Translations under genes and position numbers: made by a program
Notes under the pieces: model-generated
What the model was told of the DNA's origin: nothing
Seen by the model: the letters and a program-made list of their open reading frames with translations, nothing else
Databases searched by the model: none
Shown here: positions 16,352 to 24,179 of the stretch, piece after piece
Layout of the letters: each line of letters begins with the position of its first letter
Position numbering within the stretch: the stretch's first letter is position 1
Source of the DNA: Candidatus Omnitrophota bacterium
Lineage (GTDB): Bacteria > Omnitrophota > Gorgyraeia > Zapsychrales > JANLHA01
Reading direction: 5' to 3'
DNA: 32,000 nt
Assembly (NCBI GenBank): GCA_963662715.1
Contig: OY759724.1
Span: 1,410,001 to 1,442,000 of the forward strand

Positions 16352-16385
16352 CCCCCTGCAATTGATCAATTGCAGGGGGTTTTTG
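16352..16385 (+). terminator. Perfect 28-nt palindrome plus T5 (plus-strand intrinsic terminator-like)
   Basis: CCCCCTGCAATTGA|TCAATTGCAGGGGG followed by TTTTTG. Sits at the AT-rich/GC-richer transition. Confidence 0.55.
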
Positions 16386-16458
16386 TTTAGGGTAAAATGG
16401 GAAGAAATCAAATGAACCGGCAGGGTTTTATCGTCTCGCAATAATATACAGCAATAGC

Positions 16459-16887
16459 ATGGGTTTCCTTAAACATAGTTTTTCCAAGAACAACCATAAA
16501 ACAAGAAAGTTGAATTCCCAGGGCCCCTTGTTTTGGAGTCAAGTGTTCTTCATTATGGCGGTCATTGACGTTTCTATCATTTTCTTCAGGAAAAGCTGGA
16601 GCGCTGAGGCCGCTATCACGCCGTCCATTGAGGTCTTTCTGGGCATCACGATTTTGGGTTTAAGAAAATATGAAAAAGTCGTGAGGGTCTGTTTGATATG
16701 CCTGTTTTTTCTTACCGGTATCATCATGTTGCCCGGGGGGGATTTAAGGTGTCTCAGGGACTTGGGAGAAGAGGGGGTGTTCCTCCGGGCCCTGGTTTTA
16801 TTTTTGGGGGAATTTATGGCCGCGGCCGGCATAGCTGTTTTACTTAAGTATTCTCGGAGATCAAATTACGGCGGCACGTCCGGTTAA
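16459..16887 (+). CDS. Hypothetical membrane protein
   Basis: Three to four hydrophobic segments (VFFIMAVIDVSIIFF, VFLGITILGL, VCLICLFFLTGIIML, LVLFLGEFMAAAGIAVLL). Weak RBS and uncertain start. Confidence 0.4.
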   Translation: MGFLKHSFSKNNHKTRKLNSQGPLFWSQVFFIMAVIDVSIIFFRKSWSAEAAITPSIEVFLGITILGLRKYEKVVRVCLICLFFLTGIIMLPGGDLRCLRDLGEEGVFLRALVLFLGEFMAAAGIAVLLKYSRRSNYGGTSG

Positions 16888-16914
16888 ATCAACAGTATTA
16901 GAAGGGGATTTGTC

Positions 16915-18606
16915 ATGATAGAAGATGTTAAATTGAAAGAATGGTATCAAAGCAATAAAGAAAATGAAAGGAATGGTCTGGCAAAGATATTAGACGTGGA
17001 GTATGCGCATATAAAGCTGCGGGAGGAAGATGACCTGTATATTACTGCTGAAGGGTTGGCCTTTATCGATAATTTAATGCCGGAGAATTTTTGGACCGAC
17101 AAAGAATGGGTGAGGGAGAATTCAGAGCGGTTGTCGGGGACAAGCACTGTTTATAAGATCAGGACCAAAAAAGTGGGCGGTAAGCAGATAGAGCTTGTCG
17201 TTAAATGGAACCGGATGGGCCAGGATGTGCCCGGGGCGGAAGACTGTGAAGACTTGATGAGCGCTGAATTTAACAGCCCTTTTGAGGAATTTTCATTGGT
17301 TTTTGAATTAAGGAAAATAGTTCATGATTCAATGGAGAATATTTTTATACAGAGGCCTTTGGCGATATTCGTTCCTTCCGAATCTGTCGAGTTGTGGCAG
17401 AGCGGCAGAAAAGAGTATAAGATGCGGAACAAGATCGAGTCGCACAAGGATATTATGTTGGACATGTTCCGTTCTTACGCGGTTATATATTTATGGGTTC
17501 CGGGGATCGATTTAACGCAGGCCCTGAAAAAGGATTCTTTAAAGGAGAAAGACCTGAAACTGTTGACTCGGGATGCGCAAAAGAAAATGTTCGAAAACGG
17601 TTATGTGGTTAAAGATCATAAGCCCCAGCATGTCATTGTTAACTCGGGGAAGGAAGGAGGCTTGAAAAGAAACGCAAACGGGGAAATAGAATATGCTTTG
17701 GTTGATTTTGAATTGCTTCAGCGGACTTTCGAGAAGGAAGAAATGGTTAAGAAGAACAAACGCACGGATTATTTAAAAAGACAAAAAGACAGGTTTAATA
17801 TAGAAACCCCGAAGAAGTTTTACCCGTATTTGAACCACGTGAGTATTTTTGATGTCGCGTATATCTTTGGGCATGTCGAAAGCACGAAAGGAAGATTGTG
17901 GGTTTTGGGAAAAGACCCCTGTTTGTTCGACTATTTCCTCCCGGAACGATGGGAGCAGAGGCCCAGGACGAAAATATCGGTTCTCAATGCCATGTATTAC
18001 ACGATTTCCAAAGATAATATCCACCTTGTCTGGAAAGTGTCCAAGGTCGGCTCCAGGCCCGACATGGATCCTTTTAAAGAAGATGAAAAGAAAATACTGG
18101 ATTATGGCTATAACAGCCCTTTTGAAGAAGCTGCGATAGCCCTTGAACTTGAGCAAAAAGGAATACCCACGATCAGTCCGAGAGCGATATATATGACTTC
18201 GAATGAAATAGACATGTCGGCACATTTGCAGGATAATTCGCGTTACGATAATCATAAAAATTTGTTTGATCCTGACGGGGCGGCCATATTAAGAAAAGAC
18301 CGCGATTACATAAGTATTTGGGGATACTGGCGCGGACCCATCGAAAAACTGGCTCAAAGAGACGAAGATTATCATGAGGGGATGAATATTTTAAAGGCAT
18401 ACAGAGAAAGAATTATCAATGAACAGCAATATTTAAACCTGCTGCAGACAGCAAAACAAAGATTGCTGCATGCGGGCTTTGAGGACCTTAATCTTAGGGG
18501 AAACCATTTGATGATTTCTTTTGACAGTCACAATAATCTTATTATGGATGATTCAGGCCTGCCTGAAATTAGAATATGTAATTTTGAGTTTCTTAAGAGA
18601 ATTTAA
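16915..18606 (+). CDS. Protein with two tandem RIO/Kdo(WaaP)-like atypical kinase-fold modules
   Basis: Internal duplication: FNSPFEEFSLVFELRK ... DHKPQHVIVN ... LVDFELL, and YNSPFEEAAIALELEQKGIPT ... EDLNLRGNHLMIS ... ICNFEFL. These resemble the N-lobe helix, catalytic loop and DFG-equivalent of Kdo/RIO-type kinases. Confidence 0.4.
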   Translation: MIEDVKLKEWYQSNKENERNGLAKILDVEYAHIKLREEDDLYITAEGLAFIDNLMPENFWTDKEWVRENSERLSGTSTVYKIRTKKVGGKQIELVVKWNRMGQDVPGAEDCEDLMSAEFNSPFEEFSLVFELRKIVHDSMENIFIQRPLAIFVPSESVELWQSGRKEYKMRNKIESHKDIMLDMFRSYAVIYLWVPGIDLTQALKKDSLKEKDLKLLTRDAQKKMFENGYVVKDHKPQHVIVNSGKEGGLKRNANGEIEYALVDFELLQRTFEKEEMVKKNKRTDYLKRQKDRFNIETPKKFYPYLNHVSIFDVAYIFGHVESTKGRLWVLGKDPCLFDYFLPERWEQRPRTKISVLNAMYYTISKDNIHLVWKVSKVGSRPDMDPFKEDEKKILDYGYNSPFEEAAIALELEQKGIPTISPRAIYMTSNEIDMSAHLQDNSRYDNHKNLFDPDGAAILRKDRDYISIWGYWRGPIEKLAQRDEDYHEGMNILKAYRERIINEQQYLNLLQTAKQRLLHAGFEDLNLRGNHLMISFDSHNNLIMDDSGLPEIRICNFEFLKRI

Positions 18607-18824
18607 CTGAAATATAATGATTCGCCGGTCTGACAGTTCAGATAGGATCATCCGGGCGGCGCGGGGGAGTGTTTGCCCGGCAGCGAAACCATCCCTGATT
18701 TTTCCCGAAGCGCAACAGGGCCGCAAGGTGAATGCCCGGTCCCCTGGCCCATAATTTTTTATTGTCTCCCCAAAATTTCCGGGCTAGAATATGGCGCCTG
18801 AAAAAGGCTAAGAAAGGACCGTTT

Positions 18825-19421
18825 ATGAATATGTTGTTCAACTGCGTGCTCGCATTGTTGGCGCTGGTCAATCCCATCAGCAAGATATTTATTTTGTCTT
18901 CCCTGGCTGCGGAATCAGACCCCCAGGAGATTAAAAGGATTTCCGTGAAAGCGACCTCGGTTGCGGCTGGCATGCTGATCGTATTCGCGCTGTTGGGGAA
19001 TTTTATCCTGCAGAATATCTTTCACGTTAAAATTTATGCGTTTCAGATAGTCGGAGGTGTTGTCCTTTTCCTCCGGGGGCTTCAGGCCCTGAACAAAGGT
19101 TTGTTTCTTGAGCTGGAAGCTCATCAAAAACTGGAAGATGCTTCCATCGTTCCGCTGGCATCCCCGATGATCGCCGGCCCGGCCACATTGACAGCCGCCA
19201 TAGCTTTCCCGTCTCAATACGGCATGCTCATAACCTTGACGGCTATTATGATGGCCTTGTTGATCAACTTGTTTATCATGTTGTCGGCCAAGAAAATCAG
19301 CGGTGTTTTGAGCGAGTACAATCTCATGGGGGCCTTGATACGGATTACCGGCCTTGTTGTCGCCACCATCGGTGTTCAGATGATATTGGACGGTACGGCG
19401 GAATATATCGCCGCTCTGTAA
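18825..19421 (+). CDS. MarC-family (UPF0056) integral membrane protein
   Basis: MNMLFNCVLALLALVNPISKIFI... (NPI motif) and six hydrophobic segments. The ATG at 18825 has an AGAAAGGA RBS; the track's upstream extension from 18732 is non-membrane junk. Confidence 0.7.
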   Translation: MNMLFNCVLALLALVNPISKIFILSSLAAESDPQEIKRISVKATSVAAGMLIVFALLGNFILQNIFHVKIYAFQIVGGVVLFLRGLQALNKGLFLELEAHQKLEDASIVPLASPMIAGPATLTAAIAFPSQYGMLITLTAIMMALLINLFIMLSAKKISGVLSEYNLMGALIRITGLVVATIGVQMILDGTAEYIAAL

Positions 19422-19451
19422 ATGTTTTGTCCCCGGGAAAGAGGGAACGGA

Positions 19452-20129
19452 ATGCGGATATTGATTATTGAAGACGAGAGAAAAATTGCCAGTTTTGTGC
19501 AGCGGGGGTTAAAAGAAGAGAACTATGCCGTTGACCTGGCCTATGACGGAGAGCAGGGGCTCGCCCTTGCGGATGTTAATGAGTACGATTTGATTGTCCT
19601 GGATATTATGCTGCCCGGCAAAGACGGCATTTGTATATGCCGGGAAATAAGGCAGCAGGGGGACGACACCCCTATTCTGATGTTGACGGCCCGGGGGAGA
19701 ATAGAGGATAAAGTGTCGGGACTGGATGTCGGGGCGGACGACTATTTGACGAAACCCTTTGCTTTTGAGGAATTCCTGGCGAGGGTCAGGGCGCTTTTGC
19801 GGAGACAGAAACACGGGAAAAAGACATTGTTGAAAATCAGCGATTTGGAGCTGGACCAAATAACACATCAGGTCAAAAGAGCCGGCAAGAAAATACGGCT
19901 TACCAGCAAAGAATATTCTTTGCTGGAATATTTGATGCTTCATGCCGGTCAGATTGTCACGCGAACCATGATCTCCGAGCATGTTTGGAATGAGGATTTC
20001 GACAGCTTTACCAACGTGATTGACGTTTATGTGCGGTATCTGCGCAATAAGATTGATAAAGGTTTTAAGAAAGACCTTATCCACACTGTCAGAGGAACAG
20101 GCTATCTGTTCAGCGAGACCCCTCCATGA
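19452..20129 (+). CDS. OmpR-family DNA-binding response regulator
   Basis: MRILIIEDE, DLIVLDIMLPGKDG, LMLTARG, DDYLTKPF, winged-helix LTSKEYSLLEYL...VDVYVRYLRNKID...TVRGTGY. Start set at 19452 behind a GAGGGAA RBS. Confidence 0.9.
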   Translation: MRILIIEDERKIASFVQRGLKEENYAVDLAYDGEQGLALADVNEYDLIVLDIMLPGKDGICICREIRQQGDDTPILMLTARGRIEDKVSGLDVGADDYLTKPFAFEEFLARVRALLRRQKHGKKTLLKISDLELDQITHQVKRAGKKIRLTSKEYSLLEYLMLHAGQIVTRTMISEHVWNEDFDSFTNVIDVYVRYLRNKIDKGFKKDLIHTVRGTGYLFSETPP

Positions 20130-21625
20130 GATTCCGTTCCGTTAAATTCAAGGTCACCATCCTTTTTGTCCTCATTTTAGGGATTATTTTATCTCTTTAC
20201 AGCGGAGTCCTGTATTACAGCCTTTACAAAACGCTATATAATGAACTGGACCACGAGCTGGAATACAAAGCCAAGGTCATGAGTTCGTCATTGCAGGCGT
20301 ATATGTCAATCTTAAATGAGGATGAAAACTCTTTGCTTTTTGCCGCCAGAAGAATCATCACGTTAAAAGGGGAGTACCCGGGAGACCAGGTCTCTCTCGG
20401 GCCGGAACAGAAGAGACGGATCGTTGAGATTGAGAAGAAATGGCTGCAGGTATACGATAAGCTGGATTTGAGCGAGGACTATGTCCATTTTGTTACGATA
20501 AAAGGCAGATCCCTGGTTAAATCAAAGAACGTGTCTCCGGATCTGAGAAATATTTTATTGAAAAAACTGAAGCAGGTCCGGAACAGGTTCAGCAAGTTTA
20601 AGTTTCAGAAAAGGAACCTGAGGTTGCTGCAAGTCCCTTTTGTTTTTGATAATGAGAAAGAATATGTCATCCAAATTGCGTCTTCCCAAAAGCCCATTGT
20701 GGCCCTGCTTGAAAAAAGTCAGTTTGTTTTTATGACCAGCATCCCGTTGATCCTTGTTTTAACGAGTTTTGTCGGGCGGTTTTTGTCCGGCAGGATCCTC
20801 TTCCCGGTGGCGGAAGTTACCGAAACAGCAAAGAATATCACCCATGAAAACCTGAGCGGACGCTTAAAGCATGCTTACCGGGATGAAGAAATGCGTGTGT
20901 TGGTGGAAGCTTTTAACGACATGATAGCCCGCCTGGAGGAGTCGTTCCAGCATATTTCGGAATTCAGTTCACAGGTCGCCCATGAACTGAAAACCCCGAT
21001 TGCCATTATCAGGGGGGAATGTGAGATTGCTTTGCGGAAAACCAGGAACCCGGAAGAATACAGGCGGGCGCTCAGGGTTAACCTTGAAGAGGCGAAACGG
21101 ATGCTGAAAACAATCGACGATCTGCTTTTGCTGGCAAAGCTGGATTACCGGCCCGAAATTTTCACTTTTGAAGAATTCAGTGTGGCCGATTTCTTTAATG
21201 AAATTTATGAGCAGAGCAGGATTCTGTCCGCCGAGAAAAAAATTCAGGTGGCATTGACTTTGCCGAAGGTTCATTTGCGGATAAGAGGCGACAAAGTCCA
21301 CCTCCGGAGACTGTTTTTCAATATTATTCATAACGCTATCAAATTTACGCCCCCCCAGGGCAGGATATCCATAACCGTGATCCGGCAAAAAGACAGCATA
21401 GATATCGAAATTAAAGATAGCGGTCCGGGGATTTCCCGGGAATATATCTCCCGGGTTTTTGATAAATTTTTTCATAAGCCTCCTTGCGAAAACGAGCCGG
21501 CTACGGGCAGTGGCTTGGGGTTGAGCATCGCCCTTGCCATTGCCAAAATTCACAAGGGCACTATTTCTGTCCAGAGTCAGGCAGGGCACGGCGCAACGTT
21601 TTCCGTCTCCCTGCCCCTTTCCTGA
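20126..21625 (+). CDS. Sensor histidine kinase (2 TM, HAMP, HisKA, HATPase_c)
   Basis: ATGA start/stop overlap with the regulator. H-box SSQVAHELKTPIAIIRG. N-box IIHNAIKFTP. DSGPGI. GSGLGLSIALAIAKIHKG. Confidence 0.9.
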   Translation: MRFRSVKFKVTILFVLILGIILSLYSGVLYYSLYKTLYNELDHELEYKAKVMSSSLQAYMSILNEDENSLLFAARRIITLKGEYPGDQVSLGPEQKRRIVEIEKKWLQVYDKLDLSEDYVHFVTIKGRSLVKSKNVSPDLRNILLKKLKQVRNRFSKFKFQKRNLRLLQVPFVFDNEKEYVIQIASSQKPIVALLEKSQFVFMTSIPLILVLTSFVGRFLSGRILFPVAEVTETAKNITHENLSGRLKHAYRDEEMRVLVEAFNDMIARLEESFQHISEFSSQVAHELKTPIAIIRGECEIALRKTRNPEEYRRALRVNLEEAKRMLKTIDDLLLLAKLDYRPEIFTFEEFSVADFFNEIYEQSRILSAEKKIQVALTLPKVHLRIRGDKVHLRRLFFNIIHNAIKFTPPQGRISITVIRQKDSIDIEIKDSGPGISREYISRVFDKFFHKPPCENEPATGSGLGLSIALAIAKIHKGTISVQSQAGHGATFSVSLPLS

Positions 21626-21766
21626 CCTTGCCCGCCCCTTCCTCTTTCCCTGAAATTCTTTTAAATCCAGAGTGCGTTATTAAAATGAGAAAAATTTAAT
21701 GTTGTTTTAATCTTCTTCTCATCTCTTGTTTAGTATCCTTTTTAAAATACAGGGCAGGAGGCCGGG

Positions 21767-22123
21767 ATGGAGAGGATTTTAATCATTGATGACGAAGAAA
21801 AGGTTTTAGACGCCTACAAGAGATTATTTGAAGAAGAGGGTGTGGATGTGTTTGTCGCCAAGAATGCCTTTGAAGGGACCCAGATCCTGATCAGATCCGG
21901 AATAATCGACCTTGTTTTACTGGATATCAATATGTATGGGGTAGACGGGGGCATGATGAAAGAAATTATAGATGAATACGATCCGGAATTGAAAGTGATT
22001 GTTTCAAGCGTGCGTCCCCTGGAGGAGCAAAAGGAGATTATTCCAAAAGCATTTGATTATTTTGATAAATCTCAAGGTACGGATTTACTGCTGAAAAAAG
22101 TAAGAGAAGCATTAACGTCATAA
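21767..22123 (+). CDS. Stand-alone CheY-like receiver protein
   Basis: ILIIDDEE, DLVLLDINMYGVDG, VIVSS; 118 aa; RBS GGAGG. Confidence 0.8.
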   Translation: MERILIIDDEEKVLDAYKRLFEEEGVDVFVAKNAFEGTQILIRSGIIDLVLLDINMYGVDGGMMKEIIDEYDPELKVIVSSVRPLEEQKEIIPKAFDYFDKSQGTDLLLKKVREALTS

Positions 22124-22139
22124 TCAAAAGGAGGGGTTT

Positions 22140-22529
22140 ATGAACTGGAAAATGTTGGCTTTGTTGGTCATCTTGTTTTGCCTGATAATTTTTCCTGCCG
22201 GAAGTCAGTCGCAGGCTCAGGAGGGTGAAATGGAAGTGGCTTTTGGTGTTGTTGTAAGCGTGGCCTCAAATCAAATTGTTATTATGGAATATGATTATAT
22301 TGAGGATTTGGAAAAAGAAGAGGTTTATCTGTTAAACGCGGCAACCCAGTATGAGGACGTGAAGTCAGGAGAAGATATTCAGCCCGGGGATTCTGTCGAA
22401 ATAGCCTATATCATTCAGGGAGGGAAGAAAGTCGCCCAGATGATAAAAAAGGAATCCCTGGATGATGTTGAAGAAGGCTTGGAGTGGGAAGGAGAAAATG
22501 CGGACCCGGCTCCCGACTATGATTTGTGA
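22140..22529 (+). CDS. Secreted acidic small protein
   Basis: Signal peptide MNWKMLALLVILFCLIIFPAGSQSQA. Strong GGAGGGG RBS. Shares a G(V/T)VVSV...GD(S/R)(V/I) pattern with the ORF at 23039. Confidence 0.55.
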   Translation: MNWKMLALLVILFCLIIFPAGSQSQAQEGEMEVAFGVVVSVASNQIVIMEYDYIEDLEKEEVYLLNAATQYEDVKSGEDIQPGDSVEIAYIIQGGKKVAQMIKKESLDDVEEGLEWEGENADPAPDYDL

Positions 22530-22590
22530 GATAAGCTGTCTTGTTGTTAATAACAGGCATGATTTTGTACTTGTGAAAGGAGGTGAGATA

Positions 22591-22641
22591 ATGGCTGGCA
22601 AAAAAGGCAAAAAGAAGACAAAGCCAAAACAAGAAGAATAG
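22591..22641 (+). CDS. Possible 16-aa lysine-rich micro-protein (MAGKKGKKKTKPKQEE)
   Basis: AAAGGAGGTGA RBS with 7-nt spacing to the ATG. Too short for compositional support. Confidence 0.25.
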   Translation: MAGKKGKKKTKPKQEE

Positions 22642-22783
22642 CTATTTGTGTGACGTGGTTTTTAGTTCGCGGCTAAACAAAGAATAAATTTACAGGCCAG
22701 GCACTCCGTTGTTCCCGCACGAGTCTTTTTTCAGTTTAGCGGGGTGCCTGGTTAACCTCTAAGAGAAAGACGGCAGGCGTGAA

Positions 22784-23026
22784 ATGGTCAAAGGGAAAGT
22801 GAAGTGGTTCAACGCCAGAAAAGGCTATGGCTTTATTCAGACGGAAACCGGACAGGATGTCTTCGTGCATCACAGCGAAATTGTCGGGGAGGGGTATAAG
22901 GCTTTGAGAGAGGGAGAAAATGTGGATTTGGTTATGGAGAAGACATCCAAGGGGTTCAAAGCCCTTCATGTCGTTAAGAAGGAAAAGCGGCCAGCTGTTA
23001 GGGAACGGGCGAGTGCAATAAGATAG
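22784..23026 (+). CDS. Cold-shock domain protein with basic C-terminal tail
   Basis: MVKGKVKWFNARKGYGFIQ (RNP1), DVFVHHS (RNP2), 80 aa. Confidence 0.9.
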   Translation: MVKGKVKWFNARKGYGFIQTETGQDVFVHHSEIVGEGYKALREGENVDLVMEKTSKGFKALHVVKKEKRPAVRERASAIR

Positions 23027-23038
23027 GAGGAACAATAA

Positions 23039-23329
23039 ATGAAAAAAGTGCTCCCAATATTGATGTTGGCTTTTAGTTTGGTTTTTGTGCAGCAGAGTTT
23101 TGCTGGGATTATTGATTGGGACCGTAAAATGGGGTTGAGACGGGTTGAGGGAACGGTTGTTTCTGTGGACAGAAGAAGTCATCAGGTCACTGTCAAGAAC
23201 AGTGTCAGCGGGAAGGACGTAACCTACAACGCGACGGAAGATTTGATAAGTGATGTATCCGAAGGAGACAGGATTCTGTTGAAGCACAAACAGGATACGA
23301 AAACAGTGCACTCTATAGAAAAGAAATGA
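23039..23329 (+). CDS. Small secreted protein
   Basis: Signal peptide MKKVLPILMLAFSLVFVQQSFA. RBS AGGAGG. Confidence 0.55.
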   Translation: MKKVLPILMLAFSLVFVQQSFAGIIDWDRKMGLRRVEGTVVSVDRRSHQVTVKNSVSGKDVTYNATEDLISDVSEGDRILLKHKQDTKTVHSIEKK

Positions 23330-23347
23330 TCTTAAAGGAGCCTGCCG

Positions 23348-23566
23348 ATGGTCAAAGGGAAAGTGAAGTTTTATGATTCTGAGAGCGGTTATGGGAATAT
23401 TGTTTCTTCATCAGGGTTGGAAATGTGCGTTTATGCCAATGACATTGTGTGGCAGAACGGAAATACCCGGGGTTTGCAGGAGAATCAGGATGTCGAATTT
23501 GACGTCGTTTATGACCGGCGGGGCCGGAGAGCCGTAAATGTGGAGATGGTGGAGGAAGAGATGTGA
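23348..23566 (+). CDS. Divergent cold-shock-like domain protein
   Basis: MVKGKVKFYDSESGYGNI parallels the Csp N-terminus, but RNP1/RNP2 are degenerate (SGYGNI, CVYAN). Acidic tail. RBS AAAGGAG. Confidence 0.6.
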   Translation: MVKGKVKFYDSESGYGNIVSSSGLEMCVYANDIVWQNGNTRGLQENQDVEFDVVYDRRGRRAVNVEMVEEEM

Positions 23567-23590
23567 GGGAGGAGCTCCAGGGGAGAAGGC

Positions 23591-23839
23591 ATGTCAACAG
23601 AAGAAAAAATCCGAACCATACTGGCTGAAAAATTAAACATCGACGCGGAAAGCTTAACATTGAAATCTTTTTTTATCCGTGACCTCGGGATTGATTCGTT
23701 GGATGCCGTTGAGCTTGTTTTGACCTTGCAGGATGAGTTCGGGATTGAAGTTCCCGAGGACGAGGCCAGGACCCTAGTCTCCTTGCAGGACGCTGTGTGT
23801 TATGTGGAAGAAAAGCTGCTCGCACGCAATAAGGCCTGA
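23591..23839 (+). CDS. Acyl carrier protein-like
   Basis: LGIDSLDAVELVLTLQDEFGIEVPEDE carries the DSL phosphopantetheine-attachment Ser motif; 82 aa. Confidence 0.85.
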   Translation: MSTEEKIRTILAEKLNIDAESLTLKSFFIRDLGIDSLDAVELVLTLQDEFGIEVPEDEARTLVSLQDAVCYVEEKLLARNKA

Positions 23840-23961
23840 ACTCAGGCCTTGGGGGAGGTATTGTTCTGCCTGGGGGCCTATCCTTTCCGACCTGTTTTGG
23901 GAGGAATTTTGTGGAATTGTTTCTCTCAGGCTGAAAGACCGCCCGGGGAGAGGAAGTCTTC

Positions 23962-24171
23962 ATGATACGTAAAAGGCGTAAACCCGCCAAAATAAAATTT
24001 TCAGAATTGTCTGTTGAAGAACTGCGCGAATGGGTGAAGGCGAAAGCTCATGAGCTTTATCTGGCCGGAGGAAGACAGCCGGATGATGACTGGCAGGATT
24101 GGTTCCGGGCCGAAGAACTGCTTGTGGAAAACTTGTTGGAAAATAACGACTTTATTCAAAATTCTGATTAG
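23962..24171 (+). CDS. DUF2934-like small protein
   Basis: KAHELYLAGGRQPDDDWQDWFRAEELL matches the A..ly..rG...g.d..DWf.AE pattern of DUF2934. Confidence 0.5.
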   Translation: MIRKRRKPAKIKFSELSVEELREWVKAKAHELYLAGGRQPDDDWQDWFRAEELLVENLLENNDFIQNSD

Positions 24172-24179
24172 GAGACTAA

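Noticed and set aside
18638-18973. 111-aa minus-strand ORF and the 18732 upstream start of the MarC ORF
   Set aside because: Both lie in the GC-rich spacer before marC. The MarC family N-terminus (MNMLFN...NPI) starts at 18825 behind an RBS. The antisense ORF has no support.
22736-23311. 191-aa minus-strand ORF
   Set aside because: It is antisense to the cold-shock gene and the secreted-protein gene, both of which have RBSs and recognisable features. It has no motif of its own.
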